DNA of 64,000 nucleotides, taken from positions 126,110,001 through 126,174,000 of the forward strand of contig CM059432.1 in assembly GCA_030390025.1 (NCBI GenBank). The letters run 5' to 3'. The stretch is from Squalus acanthias. Its lineage: Eukaryota. A program made the translations under genes and the position numbers. Below, in pieces: positions 1 to 13,539 of the stretch. The notes under the pieces were generated by a model. That model ran no database searches. It saw nothing but the letters and a program-made list of their open reading frames with translations, and was not told the DNA's origin. Each line of letters opens with the position of its first letter. The first letter of the stretch is position 1.

Positions 1-120
1 CATCACCCCCTTATCATCGCCTTCCTTGGCTCGGCATCCATTCTTGTCTAATTGTGCTTCTGTGAAGCCTCTTGGGACATTTATTTACGTTAAAAGCGCT
101 ATATAAATGCAAGTTGTTGT
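1..120 (+). mobile_element. L2-type LINE/SINE 3' tail
   Basis: GTGAAGCCTCTTGGGACATT...AAAGCGCTATATAAATGCAAGTTGTTG, the tail seen at the end of the L2 copy (~3790-3830) and on the DeuSINE-like copies. Confidence 0.7.
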
Positions 121-474
121 CCGTGTTGTGTACAGTTTCATGAGGTTCTGCCATCCTCCAGTATCTCACCCAAGTGGACAGTCTTCATGCGTGAGTGTAG
201 ACTATGAGTGTTGGCAGACTATTTAATTATGAGAGTTATCAAATCCAATCCTGTCCACACCTGACACACACACTTCATGAGGAATCAGGCGTAGGAACCC
301 TGTCTAATTTTTTCCTTCTCCCCTCCTAGTCCAGGAGCATTGAGGCTAGTTGTAGCATCCCAACCTCTGCCTCAATGGAGATCAGCTGCCTCATTGCTCA
401 GCACAAACCTTCTCCACTGTATGGGTTAATATTACAGTGAACAGTGCATTTACCTGCTGGGCCTTTGAGGTTAT

Positions 475-2039
475 GGGCTGGATTTTCTTCCATTTGGCCT
501 TTTCAGGCTGTATCCATGGTGACCGATGGAGAAAATTAGAGGGTTGAGGCTCAATGCCAGATTTCCACCCCAGAAACATCATGACGGACGGGCAGACATC
601 TACAGCCACGGCAGCCTTACCCTTTTGCATGTAAATAACAAAGGGTAGATTTGCTACAGAGCCACATTTCCCTCAGTTACTGCCCTGTGGCTACTGGCAG
701 TAGCGGACACTTCGAGAAGAAGCGTTGGGGCCTGCCGGTGCTCCCTAGCAAAAGGCCATAGTTACCTAGTAAGTACATTTTTCAAATTAGTATTAGTGCA
801 AGTGTTTCTAATATTTTAAATTTCTGTAAGTTTTTGTTAAAAGTAATTAAACCTTCTTTAAGTTTCCTTTCAAGTGTTTTTTTTAAAAGTACAAAGTATT
901 TAAAAATTATTATAAAATATTTTTAAAGGCTCCTGTTACATTTTTTTTTAAGTTGCAAGATTGCAAACTAGTGTAGGAAATCAATGGGGTCGCCATTAGG
1001 CCTCCCCCTGTTCTTCTGCTTTGAGAAGGAAGAGGAGGAGAAGGGTCAGGAGGCCCACTGCAGAGATTCCTGGCTGAAAAAGCTCCATAGATTGCCTCCT
1101 GCCAATACCCAGAGACACCTACGCCTCCCAGTCTGCTGTCCCAGGTGGTTCACTGTGACCCATTGGCAATGATTAAGAAGGCTGCGCTTCCCTCTCGAAG
1201 CAATAGCTGAGTTGTAACAACTGCCAGACAGCTGCAGGCTCAGTTCAAAACGGAGACCTTCAGCTGACTACGATCCACTGCCAAATAAGTCCATTATCAG
1301 ATTCCCCTTTTGGCAGCAAGCTTGCTGCCACTGAGATCTCCTCCACAACTTCCAAGACCCTCCTTTGGAGATGATGCTGCTTTGCTTCACACATGATGTG
1401 GAGATGCCGGTGTTGGACTGGGGTGGACAAATGTGAGAAGTCGCACAACACCAGGTAAAACTGTTGGACTATAACCTGGTGTTGTGCGACTTCTCACATT
1501 GCTTCACACAGACACTGCCCCACCTTGCTCCAGATCATTTTACACCTATGCGGTCAGTAACAAAAACATCTGACTGACAACAAATCTGACCATCCTTCTT
1601 GTTGTTTAACGCCACCATGGTCCCCCTTCTTGCCTGTGTACCCTTTCCATCTTAGCCTCCTACTTCTTCTCCAGTAGCTGGAGGTTATGGGATGGTTGAT
1701 TGATGGTTTGCAGCAGGAGCCTCGAGGATTGATGAGCTACTTCCCCATCTTTGGTTGTGGGCCAATTTTCCTTTCAGAAGAATGTAGAGAGAGTGAAGGC
1801 ACTTGGTGTGGCATCATACACAATGCAACCCAGGTTTCAGAAGGCATTCCTTAAGGGGGGGTGTGGTGGTGCTCACAGCCCCCAAGGCCTATAGAGGGCA
1901 CTAACAGCACCTGGAACCTGCCATGGATATATAATGAAGGCGCACGCAGAAAAATTGGGCAGCTTCTGGGCAGTGCAGGTTTAGGAAGAGTTCTGCTGCA
2001 CTTCTGGCAGTAAATTTGCCGATGAAGAAAACCCAGCCC
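475..2039. mobile_element. Non-autonomous PIF/Harbinger-like DNA transposon
   Basis: TIRs GGGCTGGATTTTCTTC (475-490) and GAAGAAAACCCAGCCC (2024-2039), 15/16 match; 3-bp TSD TAT on both sides (472-474, 2040-2042). Confidence 0.7.
1394..1498. mobile_element. Penelope-like terminal-repeat fragment, inverted configuration (family 2)
   Basis: Matches 32830-32908 in both orientations; perfect 27-bp inverted repeat 1430-1456/1474-1500; 12-bp TSD TTGCTTCACACA (1382-1393, 1499-1510). Confidence 0.75.
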
Positions 2040-2549
2040 TATGTTTGCTGATGTTTAAAGCAGCGTATATGCAGTCTAGAGGCTGTTTACTATCCTTTGC
2101 AGTTAATGGCTGGTAACCGGATGTCACTGTGGCCCAACAAGTTGCAATAAATAAGGTGAAATTAAGACAAACAGGTGACACTTCCTGCTCAGCTCACCCA
2201 GCTGAGACATGTTTGCAAGAGCAAAACAGGATCATCAGGCTCCAAGTGCAAACATGAAGGAACATGTATTCAGCCCACTTCATGTTAAAGTCAACTTTCC
2301 TCTGAGTTTTTTTTGTTGTTATGAGTTTTTTTCTTAACAACCACTTAGTTCTAGTGCATTGAACAAAAGCAATTGCAGTTATAAGGAAATTATCCCATTT
2401 ATTGGCATAATACCAGGTACTGCTGTGAGATGGAATACAAATACACTGTTCCCTTTAATAATTCCTTCATTACAGCGCAGCATATTACCACAAACATCCC
2501 TAGAATGGATCTCTTTCCCATGTTATTTGCCTGGCTTGCCTCATCAAAG

Positions 2550-3830
2550 TCACAAATGACATCCTTTGTGACTGTGACAAAGGTAAACTATCCCTCCTCG
2601 CCCTTCTCAACCTGTCTGCAGCCTTTGACACGGTTGACCACTCCATCATCCTCCTCCAACGCCTCTCTACCGTCATCCAGCTGGGTGGGACTGCACTCTC
2701 CTGGTTCCACTCTTATCTATCTAATCGTAGCCAGAAAATCACTTGCAATGGCTTCTCTTCCCACTCCTGCATCGCTACCTCTGGGGTCCCCCAAGGATCT
2801 ATCCTTGGCCCCCTCCTATTTCTCATCTATATGCTGCCCCTCGGCGACATCATCCGAAAACACGGCGTCAATTTCCACATGTATGCTGACGACACCCAGC
2901 TCTACCTCACCACCACTTCTCTCGACCCCTCCACGGTCTCTAAATTGACAGACTACTTGTCCGACATCCAGTTCTGGATAAGCAGAAATTTTCTCCAATT
3001 AAATATTGGGAAGACCGAAGCCATTGTCTTCAGTCCCCGCCACAAACTCCGTTCCCTAGCCACTGACTCCATCCCTCTCTCCAGCATCTGTCTGAGGCTG
3101 AACCACACTGTTCGCAACTTGGTGTCATATTTGACCCTGAAATGAGCTTCCGACCACATATCCGTGGCATAACTAAGACCGCCTATTTCCACCTCCGTAA
3201 CGTTGCCCGTCTCCACCCCTGCCTCAGCTCATCTGCTGCTGAAACGCTCATCCATGCCTTTGTTACCTCTAGACTTGACTATTCCAATGCACTCCTGGCT
3301 GGCCTCCCACATTCTACCCTACGTAAACTTGAGGTCATCCAAAACTCGGCTGCCCATGTCCTAACTCGCACCAAGTCCCGTTCACCCATCACCCTTGTGC
3401 TCACTGACCTACATTGGCTCCCAGTTAAGCAACGCCTCGATTTCAAAATTCTCATCCTTGTTTTCAAATCCCTCCATGGCCTCACCCCTCCCTATCTCTG
3501 TAATCTCCTTCAGCCCCACAACCACCCCCACCCCCGAGATATCTGTACTCCTCTAATTCTGCCCTCTTGAACATCCCTGATTATAATCGCTCAACCATCA
3601 GTGGCCATGCCTTCAGCTCCCTAGGCCCTAAGCTCTGGAACTCCCTCCCTAAGCCTCTCCGCCTCTCTACCTCTCTTTCGTCCTTTAAGATGCTCCTTAA
3701 GACCTACCTCTTTGACCAAGCTTTTGGTCTTCTGCCCAAATTTCTTATGTGACTCGGTATCAATTTTTTGTCTTATAATACTCCTGTGAAGCGCCTTGGG
3801 ACGTTTCACAAGTAGTTGTTGTTGTTGGTT
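2550..3830 (+). mobile_element. L2-clade LINE, 5'-truncated, frameshifted RT and C-terminus
   Basis: GVPQGS-type DNA at ~2785; HMYADDTQLY; LQLNIGKTEAI; LIHAFVTSRLDYSNALLAGLP; LHWLPVKQRLDFKI; L2 tail at the end. Confidence 0.92.
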
Positions 3831-4309
3831 TAGCTCCTCCTTTTTTGCTACCTGCCAACACATTAGTCATTATTTATGGATAAGTATTTTGGTTTTGGCT
3901 TTGGGGGCCCGAGAATTCATGTTCACAAACCAGCAGGGATCAGAAGGAAATGGCTTTTAATTTCAGTCCTTTTCCCCCACCCGCTTCCAGACATGGCCCA
4001 TATTCACCAGAAACTGCCAGGGGGGTACCAACATACACCCACCATTCATTTGATGGTTCTGCAGAGAGCATGATCACATACTCACTTCTAGATCATTAGG
4101 GAAATGCATATATACCCACCGTCAGACTACCAAGGGGAACAGGAACATATTGAACAGTAGAATAGCAAGAAACGGTCCCACTAAATCATGAAAAATAACA
4201 GTTTGCTTCAGAGAGACTATAACAAGATCACTAAGATCTCCCCTTTTCCATAAACTGGTAGGGATCAATATTTCTTTTAAACCTTAAAAATGAAAATAAA
4301 AACTCCTCT

Positions 4310-4680
4310 TTGATACTGCCTTTGGTGGCTACTGGGTGAGACAGTGCCTGGTGTAGCCTGACAGACCAGAAATGTCCCAGATTTGATCTCCAGCCTGTGC
4401 TGCCTTAGCCGAGCTTGGCCAATGCAGGAGCTGGAATGATATGATTGGCCTCAGTACCCTTAGGCTCGGAAGCAAAAGTCAGCAAGGGTTCCCACTCCAG
4501 ATTAGTATCAATGATTCATGCTGGAATGTGCATATCTGTGTAGGTCTTTGGAGCACAGGATCAGATTCTGACTCACTATCTAAGCTCATACGTGAAGTAT
4601 TACCACTTGGGCAAGGTGCCATTGGAACCCCATCCCAACATAAGTCAATGTCTTGAGGAGAGGGGGGCAGAAAAGGGACA
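4310..4680 (+). mobile_element. Old dispersed SINE-like repeat, family unassigned
   Basis: Diverged motifs TTAGCTGATCTC...TTGGCCTCAG...CCCTGG recur at ~135-470(-), 4840-5130(-), 6430-6960, 15240-15680(-), 46090-46580, 50650-50910, 51870-52100, 53300-53700(-), 58500-58860(-) and 60570-60950. Confidence 0.5.
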
Positions 4681-6970
4681 ACTGGCAACAACAACAAAAA
4701 ATTCAGATGTGTGTAGTAGAAGTTGCTTGCTGCTGGCCTAATACTTGGGTGAAAAACATGTTTTTAATTAAATCCTCAGCCCTGGTATCCCACTGCTGAA
4801 GTAGTGTAAAATAAAATGAGAAACTGGACATGGTGGCTGAACAATCGAATGAAACCTAATCCTGTCCTCACTTGTTTTTCACATGTGCACACTTTCCAGT
4901 GGAGGACAGCAGATGATAATCAAGAGCTGAAATCTTGACTGATTAATCCTAATGCACAGGTGCTGCGCCCAATCTTAGAATCAGCATCAATGCCCTGCCT
5001 GAAGTTAGCTAACTCGGTGCAGACCAGGGATTGATCCTATGCTCGCCAAAGACCTACACGGATATGCACATTCCAGCATGAATCATTGATACTAATCTGG
5101 AGTGGGACCTTACTGGTCTGTGTGGCTAAATACCACAATTGCCCTTCAGACTCTCTCCCTGCACTCTGGCTTCCTTGGTGGCCCATTTCTGTAGACCTGA
5201 AACCAAATATATTCACCGTATCGCAAGAAGGAGCACTTTAATCTCTACATAAATAACTCAGAATTGGACCAATTCTTGTCTCAATTGTGCCTCCACCTCC
5301 TTTCCATGCTGCAATGTTGACCTAAGGGGGTGATGCTGTGGCAACCAAGACCATCTTTCTTGCAACCACCCCCTCGCTTCAGCAGGTATCAAATAGGTGC
5401 TTCATGGCTGGGCTGCTCCATCTCTTATCTGCCCACTTGTGCTTGCACATTGGGTTTCCTTTCCTTTTATTTTTTTCCTGTCACTCCTTAGCTCTGTCCC
5501 CTTCAGTCTTGGCAAAGGCTGCTAATGGGTTGAAATGCCTTTTATAATGCTGCAAGGATTTTTGTCCCCTATTCTGCCACTTCCCTTTAATTGGCCACAT
5601 CTCTAAATTTCACCTCCACCCAGTTTTCTGCATCCATCGCTAGTGTGCTCCCACCTGCAAAATTGACCCATGAAACTTAAGTACTATTCTGGCAAAATTG
5701 GCACTAGTTCTTAACCATTTAAAACAGATTTATGCCAGTACATGAAAATTAGCGCCACCGTATGCCCTTCAGGCTTTGACTTCAGAGGCCCCAAAATTCT
5801 GGTATTTGAGAAGACAAAGAAGACCCTAAAAAGATAGGCTGATGTGTGTGGCCCTCTGCTCTGTCAAAAAAACACAGGCACATTCCTGCTCCCTCTAGGC
5901 AATATGGGCGCAAATGATCTCCCAGTCAGGATCAGACTGATGCTGCAAAGCATCTCAGGAATTCACAGGCAAACATTTACACACATGCCCATACAAAATA
6001 CACAAGTTGTATCTAATATAGAACATTTAAAAATTATTGTAAAAGCGATAAATGCAATAATTTATTTGTTGTAAAGGTTAATAGGGCAGTTTTGAGAAGT
6101 TAAAGCTCTAACACTTTATGCTACATTATAACTGTCCTAATAAACATAAATGCATATTGCAATGATTCCCCAGAATCAATGAGTTCTTATTTTCGGCAGG
6201 GACCACTTTATTGCACTAAAGTGTGCATATATCATAGTGTGTACAGCATACATATGAGCTAGTTTTTATGGAATGTTTACTGTAGTTGGATGGAAATATT
6301 AATAACTGATTTGGTTAGTTACATCCTTTGGTTATAGAATATCTACTTTCCCCTATGTAAATTATTTATGTTTAAATTTTCTGATATTCTAATGCTGGGA
6401 TCCAATTCCGCCAGTGCCCACAGTACTCGGTGTCTCACCCACATGGACATTTCCTCCTCTCCTCCCCTGAAGGATCTGACTCTTACTGGAGTATCGTTCC
6501 ATGGGAGCAACAGTCCTTCAGAGACCTCACTGAAGTGACCATTGTTCATGTGTGAGCCGAGACAGGGAATGTTGACAGGCTAACGTGCTGTGGAGGGCAT
6601 CACAGCTGAGCCCCAACTTGTCCCCTGCCTGTGTTCCTGTGAACATGCGATTTTCAGCAGGGGTCACTGGGCAGAAGCCAGGAGTGAGAACCCCAGCAAA
6701 GGCCAACTGTTGCGCCGTCTGAGATCAATTGACTCAGTACAAAGATGAACCTGGAATCTTCTGGTCTCTATGGCTTAGTACCACATCATGTGGTACATTT
6801 ACCAAATAGGCCATGGGAGAGGGACCACTACATTAATTTTAAACTTAAATTTGTTCCCTCAGTAGCCCAGCAATCCGATGAGTATTTGAGACATATAGAC
6901 CAGGATGCTCACAGGTTTGATTCCTGATCCATAACTGATCTCAGCTAGAGCAGCAATTGGGGTATGGTAG

Positions 6971-7290
6971 CATAAGAACATAAGAACATAAGAAATAGGA
7001 GCAGGAGTAGGCCAATCGGCCCCTCGAGCCTGCTCCGCCATTCAATAAGATCATGGCTGATCTGATCCTAACCGCCAATCTACTATCTATCACAGAACCA
7101 TCTCCTGCATCTAACAGAATTGCACACACGAAATAGGAGCAGAATCAGGCTACACGGTCCCTGGGCCCGCTCCACTACCCACAGGGCCATGACCGATCCG
7201 AACCTAGACTCATGTCCAAATTCCTGCCCGCTCCCCGTAACCCTTAATGCCCTTTACTTCTAGGAAACTGTCTATTTCTGTTTTAAATTT
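6971..7290 (-). mobile_element. CR1 LINE 3'-tail fragments (two adjacent)
   Basis: CATAAGAACATAAGAAATAGGAGCAGGAGTAGGCC is the reverse of the CR1 tail and terminal microsatellite also present at 20236. Confidence 0.8.
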
Positions 7291-7291
7291 A

Positions 7292-7858
7292 TAGTGGTTA
7301 GGTTACTGGACTAATGATCACAGAGACGTGAGTTCAAATCCTACCATGGCAGTTTGTGAATTTGAATTCAGTTAATTAAATAAATCTGGAATAAAAAGCT
7401 AGTATCAGTAATGAAGCTATCGGATCTTCATAAGAACGCAACTGGTTCACTAATGTCCTTTAAGGAAGGAATCCCACCATCCTTACCAGGTCAGACCCAC
7501 AACAATATGGTTGACGCTTACACAAAAGCAAAATACTGCGGATGCTGGAAATCTGAAATAAAAACAGAAAATGCTGGAAATACTCAGCAGGTCAGTCAGC
7601 ATCTGTGGAACGAGAAACAGAGTTAACGTTTCAGGTCGATGACCCTTCGCCAGAACGTGGTTGACGTTTAACTGCCCTCTGAAATGGCCAAGCAAGCCAC
7701 TTAGCAGTATCAAACCGCTACAAAAAATTACAATAAGCATCGCATGGACTGCAGCAGTTCAAGGCGGCGGCTCACCACCACCTACTCCAGGGGCAATTAG
7801 GGATGGGCATTAAATGCTGGCCTTGCCAGCGATGCCCACATCCAATGAATTAAAAAAA
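7292..7858 (+). mobile_element. tRNA-headed SINE (family B) with CR1-B LINE tail, interrupted by a Penelope insert
   Basis: TAGTGGTTA and GTTCAAATCC (A/B-box like); core CTGGTTCACTAATGTCCTTT; tail AATGCTGGCCTTGCCAGCGATGCCCACATCC shared with the LINE at 12290-13475. Confidence 0.8.
7521..7657 (-). mobile_element. Short Penelope-derived hammerhead-bearing insert (family 1)
   Basis: Reverse copy of 17788-17931; TSD TGGTTGACG(C/T)TTA (7508-7520, 7658-7670); ribozyme core mutated to CTGGCGA. Confidence 0.8.
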
Positions 7859-9288
7859 TAGACTACAATTGGCCTCAGCACCTGGAGTAAGGAGGGTATT
7901 CCTACTCCCGATTGATAGCATGTGTGGAGTGCAGAATCAGGCTCAGCAATGATTGTGCAGCCTCACTCTGTGAGACAGTCTGAGGTCTAGGTGGAGATCT
8001 GAATGGCTATGTCCTGGAGCTGTGAAGAGTATTGCTGGTTTCTCACCAGTGAGCAGATTAACTGTTGGCCCAACCTGCGCCACTAACCAAATTGCAAAAC
8101 GTGATGAAATATCGGCATGAAAACAGACTGCACAGTGTCACAGGCATTTCAAACAGCCTGAGGTATTTGGCCAACGCCTTTCTACTATGTGCTCTAGCTG
8201 TGTGGTGGGAGTGTTAAAGGCCACACATATCCACTGTGGCTGGAGTGTGAGAGCACTGATCACCACCAATGTATGGGTCTCCAGAGTTGCCGGCACACTA
8301 AACAAAAATATGGAGAATTCCTAAGAGCTGGTGGCGGCACAATTTTCAGAAATCCTGGCCTCTTGCTGCCTGAACACAGTACAGGTGTGCTGTTAAGTGT
8401 GTCATGTCATTGTGATGTAAAATTGCATCATGATATAAATACACGTGACAATCTGGGATGGTTCAGTGTCTGTTCCCAAGCCCACAACTCCACTTATTTT
8501 TTAAATTGGAAGCAGAAAATTCTTGTACATTGCTCTTTGCCTCTGCTCCCTGTATTCCTGTTGGAAATCAATTCAGAGAAATGGGGCCCCATTCTTTTGC
8601 ATGTGTGTGGAAGGGAAGATAACTGAGGGAGGACATAAAAGAATATTTATTAAAGTTATCAGCCTGCTTAGGGCTGGCTCATATTTCACCTCCAGCTTGT
8701 TTTAACCAATTAATTCAAGGCTCATTGCTAAATACTTACATGACTTTTGTTTTTTCTTTGCTTTTCCAGATTTTAAATTATTTATTGACTCTATTTGGCT
8801 ATGAAGGCAGACCACTAACTTAATTGTTGGATTGGTGACAGGTGCAGGAAAATGGGGTAAAAATTAGTTATGGCCTGTTTTCAGACACATAACTGGAGGT
8901 GCACACAAAGCACGCACCCCAACCAGGAAGCCCAGGCTCGCCTGAACTTTGGGCCTCGGGCCTCATTTCAATAATTTGGGTGAGCTGTCGGCGCTTGCCT
9001 GGGTTTTCATTGCTTTAAAAAAGTAATTTTTGGGCAATCAATTTGGAAGATTGCTGTGGTTGCCTTGTAGACCTGGAAGAGGCCTCCACAGCACAACAGC
9101 AGCTCCCAGATGACTAAACATCTCCATGGTGCTTGCAGGGGGCTTAATTAAATGGTAGTCTCAGTCTAGGAGAAGCCTACATTTAAAAAATAAAAGTAAT
9201 GTTATTTAAGATATCTCTTCCTTGGCATATTCTTGACATATTCACTTGGGCAATCCAAACACAGTCTTGTGCAGACCAGCGAGAAAAT

Positions 9289-10039
9289 GGCCCGTAATTT
9301 CCGATAGGAGGCTTCCTCCGTGCGGATGCCTCCTGTCGGAAAAAAATCTACGCACTTACCTGAGGGCTCCCGAGGTCCGGACACTTCCGCTCCTGGGCCT
9401 CTCCACAGTCGAAATGCGCAGGGCCCACGTATCCCAGGGGCGCAGGTGGTTCGCAAGCGCCCCTGGGATCACGTGAGCCAGGCCAGCCAATAGGAGAAGG
9501 GAATCTCCCTTCATACTTTTGACAGATAGACCCGTCAAATATATGAATGGAGATCACCCCAAAAAGACACTAAAACATTAAATACATTTTTAAAAAACCA
9601 TCGCTTTTTAAAATGAGTTAAAATTACATTAAATTAAATATTTTAAATAAAAATTTTAATTTTTTGAAAAAAATAATTAAAGTTTTTTACGGGGCTAAAA
9701 ATAAACTTACCTTTTTTAAAAGTAATTAAAAATTATAAATGAGTGAAAAAACATTTTTTTAAACTTTTTTTTCAACTCTTATGCTGGTAAAAGCAGGCTT
9801 TTACCAGGCGTAAGATTTCTAAGGGTTTTCAGCGGGCGGAGGTTCTGCAGAAAGCGGAACTCTCCACCCGCAGAGGCCCTTCTCCAGGGCAGGCGTCCGA
9901 TCTGTCAAGAGCATTCCTGACAGATCGAAAATGCCGGTTTTCAGGCATGCGCGTCGTATGCCTGAAACCGGCATTTCCAATGTTCCTACGGGTGTGTACA
10001 CAGCGCGCACACACCCATAGACATCGGAAAATACGGGCC
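9289..10039. mobile_element. MITE-like non-autonomous TIR element (Harbinger-type), GC-rich arms and AT-rich centre
   Basis: TIR GGCCCGTAATTTCCGAT / ATCGGAAAATACGGGCC (16/17); flanks AAT/ATT; related in reverse orientation to 11147-11890. Confidence 0.75.
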
Positions 10040-10699
10040 ATTATCTGCTAAGATGGTGAATTTGACAAGTTCATCCCCGGCCATCATAATTGTCACTGAT
10101 GACGTTTCCCTAATCTCCACAGCTCCACAGTAGAAGTGTAACATTTACCACATATAGGCTCAGAATTTCCTCTTTTTGAAATTATTAAAGTTCTGATTGT
10201 GTCATCTGCCAATCCTGCTGATTGGTGCTCCCAGGTTTCCTATGGTTGGATTAATGCCTTATGATTGCAATAATCTTGTCCCAGCAGAAACTAGCCAACT
10301 TGGTGCCTAGCTGTACCAATGCCCATTTACATTTTCCGCAAGCAGTTAAGGGAGGGCAACATTGCGAGCTGGCTCCCTGCATTTATGTTGCTAAAGCTGA
10401 TTCCCATATTGACATGTTGGGCTACAATTCTGCTGTAAGCTTCAGGGAGCGAAATCTACCAATGTAAGCTGGCTCACAAATGTTGCTCTCCCATGGTCCG
10501 AACCACAGAAGCACCAAAACTAAAAACGTCTTCAATCACCAGAAGTTTTAGACAGGCTGTAAATACAGCTGCTCTTCTCAATATACTTGAAATCATCTGG
10601 ACTTGGGCACAATATCAAAATTTGTAGACTACAGAAAGTAGGGAGCAAAGTTAACTGCAGAGAGGACTTCAGGAGAACATAGGTTAGTAGAGTGCATAT

Positions 10700-10960
10700 G
10701 GGATCATAGGTTTTATTAATAGGAGTACAAGAGTACAAAAGTAAAAAGAGTTAATGCGAAAACAAGTCATTAGTTAGGCTCAGTTAGAATATTGTCTAGT
10801 CTTGGGTATCTTATTTTGGGAAGGATATCAAGGCCATTGAGAGGGTGCAGAAGATATTCAGTTAGTTGATGCCAGGGATGAGAGGCTTTAGCTAGAAGAG
10901 ACTAGAGAACTGATTTTTTATAAAATGTGACCAAAGGAGGTTATGAAGAGATCTGATAGA
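10700..10960 (+). mobile_element. Degraded CR1 LINE fragment
   Basis: GAGTACAAAAGTAAA...GAAGGATATCAAGGCCATTGAGAGGGTGCAGAAGA resembles the CR1 ORF2 C-terminal region at 24920-25050. Confidence 0.65.
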
Positions 10961-11146
10961 GTGTGTGCCCCAACTTTTAGTTTTCTCACCATCCTTTTGG
11001 CAGGATACATAAGAAACAGAATGAACTTTTTGGGACTGGAGGGTGGGCCACTACCGGTGTTCATGTCCATACTATGTGGAAGTGGATTACTGAGTGTATC
11101 AACAATAGCTCAGAAACCTAAAGAGCAGTATATAGGTAGACATATG

Positions 11147-11890
11147 GGGCCAAAAATTGATCCCGCTGCGCGAGAGTACGCACTGCGTACTCTCGCGTAT
11201 TCTCTCTCCAATTGCCGGTTTTCTGCATGCACTGCGCATGCGCTGAAAACCGGCACTTGGTCTTTGGAAAAGGGGGCGGTTCTTCGGTGCACCGCGTGCG
11301 CGCTACAGGCTGCGCGCACGCTGTGCACTTAGTGCTTTAGACGCGCAGGTAAGGACGGAAGATTTTAGAAATGGAAAAAGGAGGAGTAAGACCCACTTTT
11401 AACAAGGTAAGTAGTGAATTAAGTATTTTTTTGAATTTTTTTTAACAGGTATATTTTTTTTAGAGACTTTAAAGACAGGTAAGTTTATTTTTATAACTTT
11501 TTAAAAGATTTTAAATTTTTTCAAAAATTTAATTTTTTATTTAAAATGGTTAATTTATTTAACTATACTTATTTTATTAATGTGATGGTTTTTTTTTTTA
11601 ATTTAATTGAGGTTTAGCTGTTATTTTGGGGGGGTGTAAGATTCATAGCTTTCACAGCACGTATGTGAAACTTATGAATGGAAGATGGTGTGCTGCCATT
11701 GGCTCTAACTGAGTCACGTGATCCCACAGCTCGCACGAATTCACTACGCCGGTGGGATACGCAAGCACTGCCCAGCTGATGTCTGGAACATCAAGTTCGT
11801 GCGAGCTGGATCTGAAAAAGCCAACGCGGAGTGAGAGATCGCGCCTGCTCCTTACCCCCGCGGGAACAGAGCGAGATCAATTTCTGGGCC
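11147..11890. mobile_element. MITE-like non-autonomous TIR element (Harbinger-type)
   Basis: TIR GGGCCAAAAATTGATCCCGCT / AGCGAGATCAATTTCTGGGCC; 3-bp TSD ATG (11144-11146, 11891-11893). Confidence 0.78.
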
Positions 11891-12289
11891 ATGATTTGAG
11901 AATAGCCACCAAGATAATGCAGAAATGGAATTACAAATGCTACAGCCTTTATCCAGCAATGCATTTACATTTTTCAATCTGATAATTTAATAATTGAAAA
12001 CGTTATCATCAAATGCCCTACTTATACTGATAGCTAGAATTGTGTGAAGATGTCACAATAAAGGTAGTGTTCTTTTTTTAAAAAGGGATCCTATAACATT
12101 TGCATTCTGCTTGCTATCACAGTACAGAAAAACGAATGCAGTATTATGAGCCCTATTGCACAGATGCAATCAATAGGATCTAATCATATCATATTCACTG
12201 GAAAAGGTGGTGCATATCATCAGTACCAGAGGACAGCAATATAATGAGTCCCCTGACAACCTCTGAACAAGGTGTGCTATCATTTTTTA

Positions 12290-13475
12290 AATTCGTTTTT
12301 TTTAATGGGATGTGGGCGTCGCTGGCAAGGCCAGCATTTATTGCCCATCCCTAATTGCCCTTGAGAAGGTGGTGGTGAACCACCTTCTTGAACCGCTGCA
12401 GTCCGTGTGGTGAAGGTACTCCCACAGTGCTGTTAGGGAGGGAGTTCCAGGATTTTGACACAGCGACTATGAAGGAACAGCGATATATTTCCAAGTCACG
12501 ATGGTGTGTAACTTGGAGGGGAACTTGGAGGTGATGGTGTCCCCATGCGCCTGATGCCCTTGTCCTTCGAGGTGGTAGAGGTAATGTGTTTGGGAGGTGC
12601 TGTCAAAGAAGCCTTGGCGAATTGCTGCAGTGCATCTTGTAGATGGTACACACTGCAGCCACGGTACGCCGGTGGTGGAGGGAGTGAATATTTAAGGTGG
12701 TGGATGGGGTGCCAATCAAGCGGGCTGCTTTGTCCTGGATGGTGTTGAGCTTCTTGAGTGTTGTTGGTGCTGCACTCATCCAGGCAAGTGGAGAGTATTC
12801 CATCACACTCCTTACTTGTGCCTTGTAGATGGTGGAAAGGCTTTGGGGAGTCAGGAGGTGAGACACTCGCCACAGAATACCTAGCCTCTGACCTGCTCTT
12901 GTTGCCACAGTATTTATGTGGCTGGTCCAGTTAAGCTTCTTAATGGTGACCCCCAGGATGTTGATGGTGGGGGATTCAGCGATGGTAATGCCATTGAATG
13001 TCAAGGGGAGGTGGTTAGACTCTCGCTTGTTGGAGATAGTCATTGCCTGGCACTTGTGTGGCACGAATGTTACCTGCCACTTATCAGCCCAAGCCTGAAC
13101 ATCATCCAGGTCTTGTTGCATGCGGGCATGGGCTGCTTCATTATCTGAGGAGTTATGAATGGCGCTGAACACTGTGCAGACATCAGCGAGCATCCCCATT
13201 TCTGACCTTATGTTGGAGGGAAGGTCATTGATGAAGCAGCTGAAGATGATTGAGCCTATGACACTGCCCTGAGGAACTCCTGCAGCGATGTCCTGGGACT
13301 GAGAAGATTGACCTTCAACCACCACAACCATCTTCCTTTGTGCTAGGTATGACTCCAGCCAGTGGAGAGTTTTCCCCCCCAATTCCCATTGACTTCAATT
13401 TTACCAGGGCTCCTGGATGCCACACTCAGTCAAATGTTGCCTTGATGTCCAGGGCAGTCACTCTCACCTCACCTC
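12290..13475 (-). mobile_element. CR1-clade LINE family B, 5'-truncated RT and 3' UTR
   Basis: 259-aa ORF with GVPQGSVIG, FINDLPS, WADKWQVTF, YKAQVRSVMEY; catalytic motif degenerate (LADV); tail GCAATAAATGCTGGCCTTGCCAGCGACGCCCACATCCC. Confidence 0.9.
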
Positions 13476-13539
13476 AATATCATTCATCAATATCCAGGCA
13501 ATAAAAGGAAGTCCTATCAAAAAGCTGGGAAGGAGTTGT

